Source: an uncultured Gammaproteobacteria bacterium
Lineage (GTDB): Bacteria; Pseudomonadota; Gammaproteobacteria; Steroidobacterales; Rariloculaceae
Direction of reading: 5' to 3'
NCBI GenBank assembly: GCA_963714705.1
Contig: CAVQPJ010000005.1
Coordinates: forward strand, 192,291-256,290
Length of the DNA: 64,000 bases
In this document: piece by piece, positions 49,086 to 59,989 of the stretch
How the letters are laid out: each line of letters begins with the position of its first letter
Numbering within the stretch: the stretch's first letter is position 1
Notes under the pieces: model-generated
What the model was told of the DNA's origin: nothing
Databases searched by the model: none
What the model saw: the letters and a program-made list of their open reading frames with translations, nothing else
Made by a program: the position numbers and the translations under genes

Positions 49086-51692
49086 ATGTTGCCGTTGGCC
49101 AACGGCACTCGCCTCGGACCATACGAGATCGTCGCACCGCTCGCCAGTGGGGGGATGGGCGACGTTTACAAGGCGCGCGACACGCGCCTCGATCGCATCG
49201 TCGCGGTCAAAATTCTGCAGGAGCGATTCTCGGCGCGATTCGATCGCGAGGCGCGCGCCGTCGCAGCTCTCAATCATCCGCACATTTGTCAGCTCTATGA
49301 CGTCGGCGAGAACTTCCTCGTCATGGAGTACGTGGAAGGCGGCCCAGTCCAGCCGACGAATGACGGGCAACGACTGCTCGATCTCGCCCTTCAGATCGCC
49401 GATGCGCTCGCCACTGCGCACGAAGCCGGTGTCGTTCATCGCGACTTGAAGCCCGGCAACATTTTGCTCACACGCATGGGCGACGCGAAAATTCTCGATT
49501 TCGGACTCGCACAGATTCGCGCGAACACTGCCGCCCACCGGTCGGGCGATGTGTTGCTCACGGAGATCGGCACGATCCTCGGCACGGCCGCGTACATGCC
49601 GCCCGAGCAGATCCGAGGCGAGCGCGCCGATGCGCGCTCCGACTTGTGGTCGCTGGGTGTCGTTCTTTACGAGCTTGCGTCGGGTGCATTGCCATTCGAC
49701 GGCACGAATGCGGAGATTTTTGAGGCCATCTTGAGCCGCGCGCCGCTGCCGATCCGCGAGCGCAACCCGCAACTGTCGACCGAGCTCGCGCACATTATCG
49801 ACCGGTTGCTCGAGAAGGATCCGGCGGTTCGCTACCAGACCGCTGCCGACGTGCGCACCGATCTGCAGCGAGTCGACCGCGGCGCAGCGACGGCCGGGCG
49901 CGCCGCGAGCTTTCCCCATGGCGGTCCGCGGCGAAGGTTCGCCTATCGCGCCGCGGCAACGGTGCTCGCGCTCGGAGCCGTCGGCGGCGCAGGCGTCTAT
50001 CTGTGGGAGCCGGCGCCTAAGGTGGCGCCCGTCGCCGCATGGCAGCAACTCACCGACTTTGCCGATGTCGTCTCCGAGCCGGCGCTGTCGGCGGATGGCC
50101 GGATGCTGGCGTTCATTCGCGGCGGGCGGGGTTTCCCGAGGCGCGGCGACGCGCAGATCTATCTAAAGCTGTTACCGAGCGGCGACCCGATACAGCTCAC
50201 GCACACACCCAACCCCAAGTGCTGCCCAACGTTCTCGCCCGACGGCTCGCGCATCGCATTCACGAGCGTTTCGGGCGGCTCGAGCTCGTGGGACACATTG
50301 AGCGTCTCGGTCCTCGGCGGCGCACCGACGCGCCTGCTCGCCAATGCGGCCGGGCTCATCTGGATCGATGAGCACAACGTCTTGTTCTCCGAGATCAAGG
50401 GCAGCGGACTGCACATGGGGGCAGTCACCGCAGCGGAAAGCCGGGCCGGACAGCGCGAGATCTATTTTCCGGATCACGAGCGCGAAATGGTGCACTACTC
50501 GCACCTGTCGCCCGACGGCCGCTCCGTACTCATGGTCGAGATGGGGCAGACCGGCGGATTCTCGCAAACGTGCCGAATCATCGCGTTCGACGGCAGCTCC
50601 GCGATGCGCGAGGTCGGGCCGCAAGGCGGTTGCGCGTCCGCGGCGTGGGCGCGAGACGGGAAGTTCATGTACTTCGGCGCGCTCGTAGGCGGGGAGCGCC
50701 ACCTGTGGCGGCAGCGCTTTCCGAACGGTGAGCCGGAGCAGCTCACGTTCGGGCCGAGCGAGGAGGAAGGCGTCGCCCTCGCGCCCGACGGCCGATCGCT
50801 CGTGACCTCGGTCAGTCAACGCCGCGCCCTGCTCTGGCTGCGCGACTTCGACGGCGAACGCCAATTATCACAGGAAGGTACCGCGGCGGCGCCGCAGCTG
50901 TCGGTCGATGGGCGCCGCGTCTACTATCTGTCGCGTCAAACGGCTGCCTCGAAGGATACCGCGCTGCGCATGCTCGACCTCGATTCGGGCACCAACGAAC
51001 GCTTGCTGCCGGGCATCTCGGTGATCGATTTCGACGTAGCATTCGACGAACGCGAGGTCGCCTATACGACAGAGACCTCTGAAGGACAGCGCACGATCTG
51101 GCTAGCGTCAGTCGACTTGCGCGCGGCGCCGCGCGAAATCGCGCGCGCTGCGGACCAGGTCATGTTCGGTGCCGACGGCCAGCTCGTGTTCCGCAATCTC
51201 GGCGAAACCAGCAACCTAATCTATCGCATCGACAAGGATAGCGGCGCTCGCGAACAGGTTTCCGATCTCGCGGTCCTAAGTCTCTTCGATGTGTCGCCGG
51301 ACGGCGCCTGGGCCACCGTGGTGACATCCGGCTCGACCGAGGCTTTCGCGATCCCGATCGGCGGAGGAACGCCGCGCCGGCTATGCGCAGCGCTCAACTG
51401 CCAATCCGACTGGTCGGCCGGAGGCGAGTTCTTCTACGTCCGTTTTCCTTCGGGCGAGATGGGCGCACAGCGTTCCGGAAGGAACACCATCGTCTTTCCC
51501 GTGGCAGCCGGCGAGGGTCTACCCGCGCTGCCGCCCGAAGGCTTGTCGTCGATCAACGTCAACGCCACGATCGCCGCCCTCGGCGCGCGCGTCGTGGAAG
51601 AAGATCAGGCCGTCGCGGGGCCAGATCAGGCGACCTACGTGTTCTTGCGGGCCGCCACACAATCCAATTTGTTTCGCATCCCGTTCGAGTGA
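49086..51692 (+). CDS. Hanks-type Ser/Thr kinase with TM and TolB-like (PD40) propeller
   Basis: GGMGDVYKA, VAVK, HRDLKPGN, DFG, DLWSLG; one TM; SPDG repeats. Confidence 0.93.
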   Translation: MLPLANGTRLGPYEIVAPLASGGMGDVYKARDTRLDRIVAVKILQERFSARFDREARAVAALNHPHICQLYDVGENFLVMEYVEGGPVQPTNDGQRLLDLALQIADALATAHEAGVVHRDLKPGNILLTRMGDAKILDFGLAQIRANTAAHRSGDVLLTEIGTILGTAAYMPPEQIRGERADARSDLWSLGVVLYELASGALPFDGTNAEIFEAILSRAPLPIRERNPQLSTELAHIIDRLLEKDPAVRYQTAADVRTDLQRVDRGAATAGRAASFPHGGPRRRFAYRAAATVLALGAVGGAGVYLWEPAPKVAPVAAWQQLTDFADVVSEPALSADGRMLAFIRGGRGFPRRGDAQIYLKLLPSGDPIQLTHTPNPKCCPTFSPDGSRIAFTSVSGGSSSWDTLSVSVLGGAPTRLLANAAGLIWIDEHNVLFSEIKGSGLHMGAVTAAESRAGQREIYFPDHEREMVHYSHLSPDGRSVLMVEMGQTGGFSQTCRIIAFDGSSAMREVGPQGGCASAAWARDGKFMYFGALVGGERHLWRQRFPNGEPEQLTFGPSEEEGVALAPDGRSLVTSVSQRRALLWLRDFDGERQLSQEGTAAAPQLSVDGRRVYYLSRQTAASKDTALRMLDLDSGTNERLLPGISVIDFDVAFDEREVAYTTETSEGQRTIWLASVDLRAAPREIARAADQVMFGADGQLVFRNLGETSNLIYRIDKDSGAREQVSDLAVLSLFDVSPDGAWATVVTSGSTEAFAIPIGGGTPRRLCAALNCQSDWSAGGEFFYVRFPSGEMGAQRSGRNTIVFPVAAGEGLPALPPEGLSSINVNATIAALGARVVEEDQAVAGPDQATYVFLRAATQSNLFRIPFE

Positions 51693-51718
51693 GCGCTGCG
51701 CCGTAGGCAGCGCGATCG

Positions 51719-52994
51719 TCAGTACGCTGAGCGATCGATGTGCTCGCCGCGCAAGTACACGTCGCGAATGCGGCGCGTGTTCGTGATGTCGTCGAGCGGG
51801 TTCGCCTCGAGCACGATGAAGCTCGCAGCCTTGCCGGGCGCGACGGTGCCGGCGTCGGCGAGCCGCATGAACTCCGCGGCGTCGCCCGTCGAGGCGACGA
51901 TGACCTGGGCGGGCGTCATGCCCGTCGCGACCATGTCGGCCATCTCGAGGTGCGCCCCCCACGGCACGTTGCCGTCGGTGCCGAGCGCGATCGTGACGCC
52001 TTCGCGCGCGAGCCGCTCGAGGTTGCGCGCCTGAATCCCGAAGAACGCTTGCGCCTCGGGGCGGTCCGTGGCGGCGGCCTGCAACGTGAGCGACTTGCTC
52101 GGCCGGCAACGCCGTCGCAAGCCAGCTCATGTCCTGCGCGACGCCGCGGTCCGGCAGGTTCGGCACGACGACGAAATTCGGCCGTTCCTTCAGCATTGCG
52201 ACGAACTCGTCGTCGATGGGCTCGCGCACGCAGTGCGCGAACGCGTCGATGCCGCGGCGCACGAGCTCTTTCGCATCGGCGAGGTAATACTCGTGCGCCG
52301 TCACGCGCAGGCCGTTCGCGTGCGCCTCTTCGATGACGGCGCCATAGAGCTCGGGCGCGAGCTTCGGATACTGGCCCATGCGGTCGTCGACCCAGACCTT
52401 GATGATGTCGACGCCGAGCGCGGCCTGCTCGCGCACGCCGGCGCGCCCCTCCTCGGCCGTCGTGATCCAGTACGGGATGTCGGTGCGGCCGGGCTCGGGC
52501 GCCGTGAAACCGCGGCCGGCCGTGCGGTACAACGCGTGTCCCGGGATGGCCTCGCGGCGCATCGCGTAGATGTCGTCGGTGTTGTCCTGCCCCAAGCTCA
52601 TCGCCGCGCTGACGCCGAAGTAGGCGCGGTGCTTGAGATCGGCCGTGAGCCCCGCGCGGTCGCGCGACAGGTGCGTGTGCGTGTCGACGATCGCGGGCAT
52701 CACGGTGAGCCCCGCGAGGTCGACGGTCGCGGCGCCGGCCGGCACGGTGACGGCCGCCGTCGCGCCGACGATCCCGAAGCGGTTGTCGGGGCCGACCGTG
52801 AACGTCGCGTTGTCGATGACGGTGCCGTCGCCGACGAGGAGCCGCGCGCCCGTGAACACGGTGACGCCGGCGGCCGCTGCGGCCGCCGCGCCGGCCGATT
52901 CGGGTGCGGGGCTCGGCTGCTCCGAGCACGCAGCCAGCGCGCCGAGCGCCAGAGTCCAGACGAAACGAAAACGCGTTAGCGCGATTCGCGACAT
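51719..52994 (-). CDS. Amidohydrolase family lipoprotein (frameshifted)
   Basis: Lipobox LAAC, DTHTH, LGTDG, GTVAPGKAASFIVLEANPL. Confidence 0.88.
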
Positions 52995-53100
52995 GGCCGA
53001 CTCCCCTCATCGTCAGGAGCCGCCGATCTTAGGCCGAACGGCTACCGGCCGCCATCGCGCGCAGCGAGGCGGCGCGACGACCTGCCCGCTTACGCCGCGC

Positions 53101-53493
53101 TCAGTCGAAGGTCTCGCCGCGCTGGCCCCAGCCGAAGCCGTCCGAAGGCCGCAGCAGCGTGCGCATGCGAATGCGGTGATCGACCGCGTTACGGCCCGGA
53201 TTGCCCGTGATGACGACCACGTCGCCGGGCTTCAACGACTCGCGCGTGACGCCTTGGCCCGTCAGCGCGCCGGCGCCGCCCCACTCGATGCCCCAACGCT
53301 GCATCTCGCCGTTCTCGTCGGGCGCCATGACGTGCACCCACGCGTGCGGGTTGCGGAACATGAACTGCACGAGCGTCCCTTCGATCTCGACGGTCTTGCT
53401 CTCGTCGTAGGTCGCCGTGAACGAGTGATGGGCGTACGCGGGTGCTACGACGGCGGCAGCGCCCAATAGCAAACCGAGGTACTTCGATCTCAT
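53101..53493 (-). CDS. DUF6152-like secreted protein
   Basis: AHHSF..YD, F.NPH, W..E, LKPGD. Confidence 0.85.
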   Translation of the reverse strand: MRSKYLGLLLGAAAVVAPAYAHHSFTATYDESKTVEIEGTLVQFMFRNPHAWVHVMAPDENGEMQRWGIEWGGAGALTGQGVTRESLKPGDVVVITGNPGRNAVDHRIRMRTLLRPSDGFGWGQRGETFD

Positions 53494-53701
53494 ACTCGCA
53501 CCCTCCGTGAGGCCTTGGCCTTAAAGTACTAGAAAACCGACTCCGCGGTCATTTTGGGCCTCAATTTTTCTTCGCCCTCGGGCTTTCTTGTGAGTCCGGT
53601 CGGCCCCGCCGCCTCGCAAGTACGTATATTGCCGAGCTTTTCGTGAGCCGCCCGCTAAGCCACCGTAAGCCAAGAAACGACAACGAGAGCAACCCTTAAC
53701 C

Positions 53702-56005
53702 GTGCCCGTCCATCGTCCTGGAGCCTTTCCCTGGCTGCGCGGCCCCTTACCGGCCGCACTCGCGGCGCTGGCGCTCGCGGTCGTCGCCGGCCGCGCCGCG
53801 GCGCAGCCCCCGCCCGACGACGCGGACCAAAAAACCGTTCGCATCCAGCGCGCGGCCGAGCCGCCCGTCATCGACGGCGAGCTCAACGAGGAGATCTGGG
53901 TCCGAGCGCCGCTCGTCGACGACTTCCACCAGGTCACGCCCGTCGAGTTCGACAGCCCCAGCGAGCGCACCGAGGTCTACGTGCTTTACGATCGCGACGC
54001 GCTCTACATCGGCGCGCGGCTCTATCGACACGGAGCCGGAGCTCATCAACGCGCGAATCCTCCGGCAAGGGCAGAACATCAACAGCGACGATCGGTTCTT
54101 CGTCCACATCGATCCGTTCAACAACCGCCGCAGCGGCTACCTGTTCGGCGTGAACCCGAACGGCGTTCGCTACGACGGCGTCTTCGAAGGCGTCACGCAA
54201 CGGCAGTTCGATTGGGACGGAATCTGGCAAGCCGCCGCGCGCATCACGCCGGAGGGCTGGACGCTCGAGATCGAGATCCCGTTCAAGACGCTGTCGTTCG
54301 ATCCTTCGCAGACGACGTGGCGCATGAACTTCGCGCGCAACATCCAGCGCAAGAACGAAGGCATGGCGTGGAACTCGCGCAATCGCAACACCGATCTCTC
54401 GACGATGGCCGAGGTGACCGGCATCTCGCAGATCGAGCAAGGCCGCGGCCTCGACGTCGTGCCGTCCGTGAGCTTCCGCGAGCGGCGCGCGATCGGCCCG
54501 GTTGCCGCCGAGTCCGACGCGGAGCCTTCCGTCGACGTGTTCTACAAGATCACGCCGCAGCTCAACGCATCGCTGACGTCAACACGGACTTCTCGGCGAC
54601 CGAGGTCGACGATCGGCAAGTCAATCTCACGCGGTTCAGCTTGTTCTTCCCCGAGCGCCGCGACTTCTTCTTGCAGGACGTCGACATCTTTCTGTTCGGC
54701 CGGCTCCAGCAGGACGGCCGGCCGTTCTTCTCGCGGCGGCTCGGCATCAATTCGGCGGGCCAACCCGTCCCGCTCGACGTCGGCGGCAAGGTCAGCGGCC
54801 GCGTCGGCCGGTTCGACATCGGCACGTTGGCCGTCCAGCAAGAAGCTTACCGAGACCCGTCCAATCCGACCGAAATGGTCGACGCGACAACGGCGCTCGT
54901 CGGGCGCGTCGCCGCCAACGTGCTCGAGGAGTCGAGCGTCGGCATGATCGTCACGAGCGGCGACCCGACGTCGAACCGCGACAACAGCGTGGCCGGCGTC
55001 GACTTCCGGTATCTGGACAGCCAGTTCATCGGCGACCGATCGATCGAGGGCGACGCGTGGTTCCAGAAGTCCGACACGCCGGGCCTCCTCGGCGACGACA
55101 CCGCGTTCGGCGTCGGGCTCAGCATGCCGAGCAACATCGGGTTGGCGCGGCGAGCGTCGGCTACATGCGCATCGAGGAGCAACTTCTATCCCGCGCTCGG
55201 CTTCGTGCGGCGCACGGGCGTCGACGACCTCTCGCTGCGAGGCGGGCACACGTGGCGGCCGCGCGATACGCGCGATCAGGACGATATTCTCCGGCTTGAA
55301 CGTCAACCGCATCGAGTATCTCGACGACGTGTTCGCGGCGGCGAGAAGCTCGACGTGCAGAGCCAGAGCATCAACCTGCAAGCCCTGAACATCGAGCTCA
55401 ACTCGCAAGACGGGTTCAGCGTCGGCTTCTCGAACAGCAAGGAAGGGCTCGAAGGTCCGTTCATGATCTCGCGGGGCGTCGTCATTCCGGAGGGCATGTA
55501 CTCGTTCGATACGCTGAACCTGTCGGTGCGCTCGGGCGACCAGCGCGCCATCGGCGGCGGGTTCTTCGTCAACGACGGTGAGTTCTACGACGGCGAGCGC
55601 TTCGGCGTCACGACGTTCATCGGCTGGCGGCCGAGCCCGCATTTCCGCACCAACCTGAACTACCAGTACAACGAGATCTCGTTCCCGGGCAAAGGCGACG
55701 ACCTGCTGCCGAGCGGTCTGCCGCGCTGCACGACGCTCGACTGCGCGTTCGTCACGCGCGTCGTCGCTTGTCGCTCGAGACGATCTTTTCGTCGCGCTGG
55801 TCGTGGGTCAATTTGCTGCAATACGACAACGTCAGCCGCACGATCGGCCTGAACAGCCGGCTGCACTGGATTCCGCAGGCGGGCCGCGAGGCGTTCCTCG
55901 TGCTCAACCACAATCTTCGCGACGACCCGCTCGATCCCAGACACCGACTTCCACACGTCGTTCGGCGAAGTCACGCTGAAATACAGCTACACGTTCCGAT
56001 TTTGA
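53702..56005 (+). CDS. CBM9-like domain + DUF5916-like outer-membrane protein (frameshifted)
   Basis: PVIDGELNE, EIEIPFKTL, NTDFSATEVD, RFSLFFPERRDFF, FFSRRLG; ends YTFRF*. Confidence 0.85.
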
Positions 56006-56019
56006 CGGGGAGAACGAAC

Positions 56020-56946
56020 ATGAAGACTCTCGAAGCGATGCTGCGCTCCTTCCTGCGGACCGCGGCGCTGGTGCTGCTGCCCGTCGCCGCGGCGCAGGCG
56101 CAGGACAATGCCGTCGCGTACGCGCTCGCGAACCAGGTCGCCGACGAGCTCGAGCTCGTGCGCGAGCGCATGGGGCGGCCCGTTCGACGACAGCCCGCGG
56201 CTGCCGGTGTCCGCCGTCACGGAGCTCGAGCTGTACTTCCAGACGCAATCGCTGCTGCGCAAGGCAAACCAGCTCGCGCAGGAGCTCGCGGGCGCCGCAC
56301 CGCGCTCGCAGGGCCCGGTGCCGTCCGGCGAGATCGGAGCCGAGCGACGTCCATGCGCTGCTCGAGGACGCGCTCGCGCAGATTCGCGTGGCCGCCGAGG
56401 CGATCGGCATCACCGAGCGCGCGACGTTCGAGCAGCGCGTCACGAGCATCGCAGCCACGGGCGTGTTCTTGGTCGTCATCGACATCAACCGCCAGCTGAA
56501 CCAGATGCTGCGCGTGCCGATCAGCGACGCGGAGGTGTTCGACGGAGATCTCGGCGGCGATCACCTCCGCGGCCGCGATGCTCGCGACCTTACCCGGCAC
56601 GACTCCGGTTCCGGAGCCGCCGCCGTTCGACGGCTACAAGCGGCCCGCCGACGTCTACCAGCGCCTCACGGAGTGCATGGACGTCATGATCCGCGTGGCG
56701 CCGAAGATCGGCGTGCCGGTGCTGGGATTGAGCGCGCGCCGCAACGTGCCCGACGACACGGAGCCCGGCCACGCCTACGACATCGCGCGATTCCTCGTCG
56801 CCGATCTCTCGGCGTTCGCCGACGCGCGCAACGTGCCGCGCATGCGCGTCGCGCTGCCTGCGCCGAAGCACGTCTTCTCGACGGAGGTCTACACGCACGC
56901 GGGCATTCTGCTGCGCCAGCTCGAGCAGCTCGAGCAACGGTTGTAA
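56020..56946 (+). CDS. Secreted helical hypothetical protein (frameshifted)
   Basis: GGAG RBS and signal peptide; coding-like stretches in ORFs 56108, 56388 and 56578; recurring P.DVY / EVF / EVY motif. Confidence 0.6.
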
Positions 56947-56959
56947 GGAACTGCGCCGC

Positions 56960-57368
56960 TCAGCGCGGGGTGTTCACGCGCGGGCGCGAGCCGACTTGCT
57001 CGTAGCGGAAACCGTCGGCGGGACGGTCGAGCTGCCGAATGTAGAGCGTGCGCGGCTCGGTGCGCCCCAAGCTGCCCGTCACGACGACGCGATCGCCGGG
57101 TTTCAGCGTCTCGCTCGTCATGCCGACGCCTTGCGAGCTCGAAGCGATTGTCCATCTCGAGTCGCCAAGTCTCCTCGGCGCCGTCGGCCTCGACGGCGAC
57201 GATGACGAACGGGTGCGGATTCACGAACTGGAACTCGGCGACGACGCCTTCGAGGCGCTGCTGGCGCGTGCCGTCGTAGACGGCGGCGATCGAGTGGTGC
57301 GCCTCGGCAGTGAGACCTGCGAGCGCGAGCGCGCCGCCGACGAACTCGTGTCGCTTGGTGATTGGCAT
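56960..57368 (-). CDS. DUF6152-like secreted protein (frameshifted)
   Basis: AHHSIAAVYD, FVNPH, WRLE, LKPGD. Confidence 0.82.
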
Positions 57369-57473
57369 GATTCGATTATCGTACTCCGCCGCCGTGCTCG
57401 GCGCGCGCACGCCCCCGGCGTCCTCAATGGACGCGGGCCTGCACCGGGCGTAGGGTAGCTCGAAGGCGCATGC

Positions 57474-58052
57474 GTGAACGGGGGCACCGTGTTCGCTCTG
57501 AATAGAATCCTCGTCCCGACGAATCTCGGCGAGCCATCTCGCGCCGCCGTTCAATACGGCGTGGCGTTCGCGCGCCAGTTCGGCGCCAAGCTGTTCCTGC
57601 TGCACGTGCTCGACGCCAAAGGGCTCGACGCCGCGCTCGAGACCGAGCGCGTGCTCGAGGTGTTGTCACCCGACGCTGCCGAGCGCCCGAGCGGCGAGCC
57701 GAGCCCGCTCGAAGTTGCACGCAACGCGGCCCGTCACGACTTGAGCCGCCTGTTGACGCAGCAGGACGAGCAGGACACGCACGCCGAATACTTGCTACGC
57801 GCTTCCGGCGTGGCAGGGGCCGCAGACGCCATCGTCGCTTGCGCGCGCGAGCTCGGCGTCGAGCTCATCGTGATGGGCAAACACCACCTCGGCTTCGTCG
57901 AGCACATGCTCGCCGGCAGCGTGGCCGAGAAGGTCGTGCGGCATGCGCCCTGCCCTGTTTTGGTCGTGCAGCATCCCGAGGCCTCGGGCGCGCAGACGCG
58001 CCTGAAGCATTTCGTGGTGGCCGAGTCGCGGCAGGCGACGGTGGCTCACTGA
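57474..58052 (+). CDS. Universal stress protein
   Basis: RILVPT, LLHV, LIVMG...GSVAEKVVRHAPCPVLVV. Confidence 0.92.
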   Translation: MNGGTVFALNRILVPTNLGEPSRAAVQYGVAFARQFGAKLFLLHVLDAKGLDAALETERVLEVLSPDAAERPSGEPSPLEVARNAARHDLSRLLTQQDEQDTHAEYLLRASGVAGAADAIVACARELGVELIVMGKHHLGFVEHMLAGSVAEKVVRHAPCPVLVVQHPEASGAQTRLKHFVVAESRQATVAH

Positions 58053-58126
58053 TCCGTCGCCTTCGAAGCCGTTCTGGCTGGACTGCGCCACAATGTCTAG
58101 GCGACTCAAGCGAAGTAGGAACCACC

Positions 58127-58867
58127 ATGAGAGACGAAACCGAACAAGCGACTCCCCCGGCACTCGATCGACGCGTGCTATTGAAAGCGACCGCTGCGGG
58201 ACTCGTCACCGCTGCCACGGCGGCGCCGGCGGCGCGTGGGCAGGAAGGTCAGGTGAGCGTCCGTGCGGAAGCGTTCGCGCAGACGCATCAGCCAAAGCCT
58301 CTGCCATTCAACTCCGCTTCACTGAACGGGCTGTCACAAAAACTGATCGACTCGCACTGGTCGAACAATTATGGCGGCTCCGTACGTGCGTTGAACGAAA
58401 CGAAACGTCGCCTAGCCGACGCACTCGCCGATCGCGACTTGCCCGCGTACATCTACAACGACCTCAAGCGCGAGCATTTGATGCGGACCGGTTCCGTTGT
58501 CTTGCACGAGCTGTACTTCGAAAACCTCGGTGGAAACGGCCGCGCCGATGAAGCGGCGCGAGCGTGGTTGGCAGGTGGCTTCGGGCAATTCGATCGATGG
58601 GAGGCCGAGTTTCGGCGGATTGCCAACGGCCTGGGTGGAGGGTCCGGCTGGGTAGTCCTCGGCTTCAACAAGCAATTCGGCACGGCCGAGAACTATTGGA
58701 TGGCGGATCACATGCACTCGCCGGCGATGACCGTGCCTTTGCTCGTCATGGACATGTACGAGCATTCGTATCACATGGATTTCGGCGCAGCGGCGGGTCA
58801 GTACGTCGACGCGTTCTTCAACAACATCAATTGGGAGTCCGTGCTCGCGCGAATCGAGGCGCTGTAG
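58127..58867 (+). CDS. Fe/Mn superoxide dismutase family protein with Tat signal (ChrC/ChrF-like)
   Basis: DRRVLLK Tat motif; SHWSNNY, LHELYF, GGSGW, DMYEHSY metal-ligand motifs. Confidence 0.88.
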   Translation: MRDETEQATPPALDRRVLLKATAAGLVTAATAAPAARGQEGQVSVRAEAFAQTHQPKPLPFNSASLNGLSQKLIDSHWSNNYGGSVRALNETKRRLADALADRDLPAYIYNDLKREHLMRTGSVVLHELYFENLGGNGRADEAARAWLAGGFGQFDRWEAEFRRIANGLGGGSGWVVLGFNKQFGTAENYWMADHMHSPAMTVPLLVMDMYEHSYHMDFGAAAGQYVDAFFNNINWESVLARIEAL

Positions 58868-58881
58868 CCGCGTAGTTGACG

Positions 58882-59316
58882 CTAGGGCCGCTCGTTTCCG
58901 GTGCTTCCCTTCGTAGCCCGACGCAGTAGCACCATTCCTGAGACGCCGATGACGACGTGAACGGTCATCAGCGTGACGGCTCGCGCGCCTTCAAACCCGT
59001 TGAAGGACGCCAGCAGATCGACCGGAAGCCACACGAGTAGCTCCCAAGCTGCGACAATCATCACTACAACGCCGGCTCGCGTCGGCAAGCGCGAGAAGAT
59101 CAACATCGTCGCTCCGAGCAGCACCCACGTTAGAACCCCGGGGAGTCCCGCGATCCTCATCCCCCGGACTGCGATTTCATCGAGTGTACCGGCAGGCGCC
59201 GAGCTCCAGACTTCGGCAAACATTTGGGGCTCGAAGAGGGCCATGGCCGATAACCCCACGCCTTCCAGAACATAGAGAACGCCGACGATGCGTAGCCACC
59301 ATTTAACCGCTTTCAC
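58882..59316 (-). CDS. Four-TM membrane protein, hypothetical
   Basis: 144 aa hydrophobic ORF, KWWLRIVG start, lower GC. Confidence 0.65.
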   Translation of the reverse strand: MKAVKWWLRIVGVLYVLEGVGLSAMALFEPQMFAEVWSSAPAGTLDEIAVRGMRIAGLPGVLTWVLLGATMLIFSRLPTRAGVVVMIVAAWELLVWLPVDLLASFNGFEGARAVTLMTVHVVIGVSGMVLLRRATKGSTGNERP

Positions 59317-59392
59317 GCTCTGGCACTTCGCTTCTTTGTGGTCACGACAGCCGAACCAGTATGGCCGATTGGCTGGCGACTGGAACCTTGCG

Positions 59393-59905
59393 TCAACGAT
59401 CGACCTTGGCAGGGTCGACCATCAGATAACCAAACTCATAGGGTTCGCGGAAAGGCCCCATGAGCGCCGATTCCGAGGCCCTCCGTAGCCATCGGTCGGC
59501 GGCGGTCCGGTCCATGCGCCACTGTACCGAATAGATACGCAGCCTGACGGCGTCGGACGGTAGCGGCGCTTGCAGGTCCAGTCGCATGCCGTACGTCAGC
59601 TCGGCGGCTTCCGCTTCGGCCTTCCCCACGGTGCGGTCGCCGCTGTCGAGGAAGTCCACCGTCACGCCCACGTCGCGCAAGGTTCTGCCGTTGGTATTGA
59701 CGAAGCTACCGGCCCAGCTGCGCTGGCCCGCGGCGTCCGTCACCACCTCGTTGCGGGCGAGGGCCAGGATCTCGTCGTTCTGGTGCACGACCCTGAACCA
59801 CATCACCAGGATCGGCAGGATGATCAGCGCAGCGAGGATCTTCCATACCTTGATTTCAATGGTCCAGGTGCTAAATCGTTTGGGGTTGTCTTGTCCGGTT
59901 GTCAT
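59393..59905 (-). CDS. Membrane-anchored hypothetical protein (FxLYD-like Ig fold)
   Basis: One TM, then G...N...V.V.FLD..D..VG pattern; GGAGG RBS before ATG 59905. Confidence 0.6.
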   Translation of the reverse strand: MTTGQDNPKRFSTWTIEIKVWKILAALIILPILVMWFRVVHQNDEILALARNEVVTDAAGQRSWAGSFVNTNGRTLRDVGVTVDFLDSGDRTVGKAEAEAAELTYGMRLDLQAPLPSDAVRLRIYSVQWRMDRTAADRWLRRASESALMGPFREPYEFGYLMVDPAKVDR

Positions 59906-59989
59906 GCGTTGTCCTCCAGCGATAATGCGACGGCTCACGCTAGCGCCGCTCGCGCCGAATGACATGAGCAAACCCTGAGGAAGGGCTGA

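Noticed and set aside
57839-58126. N-terminal extension of the SOD ORF
   Set aside because: It overlaps the USP gene; ATG 58127 has an RBS and begins a Tat leader.
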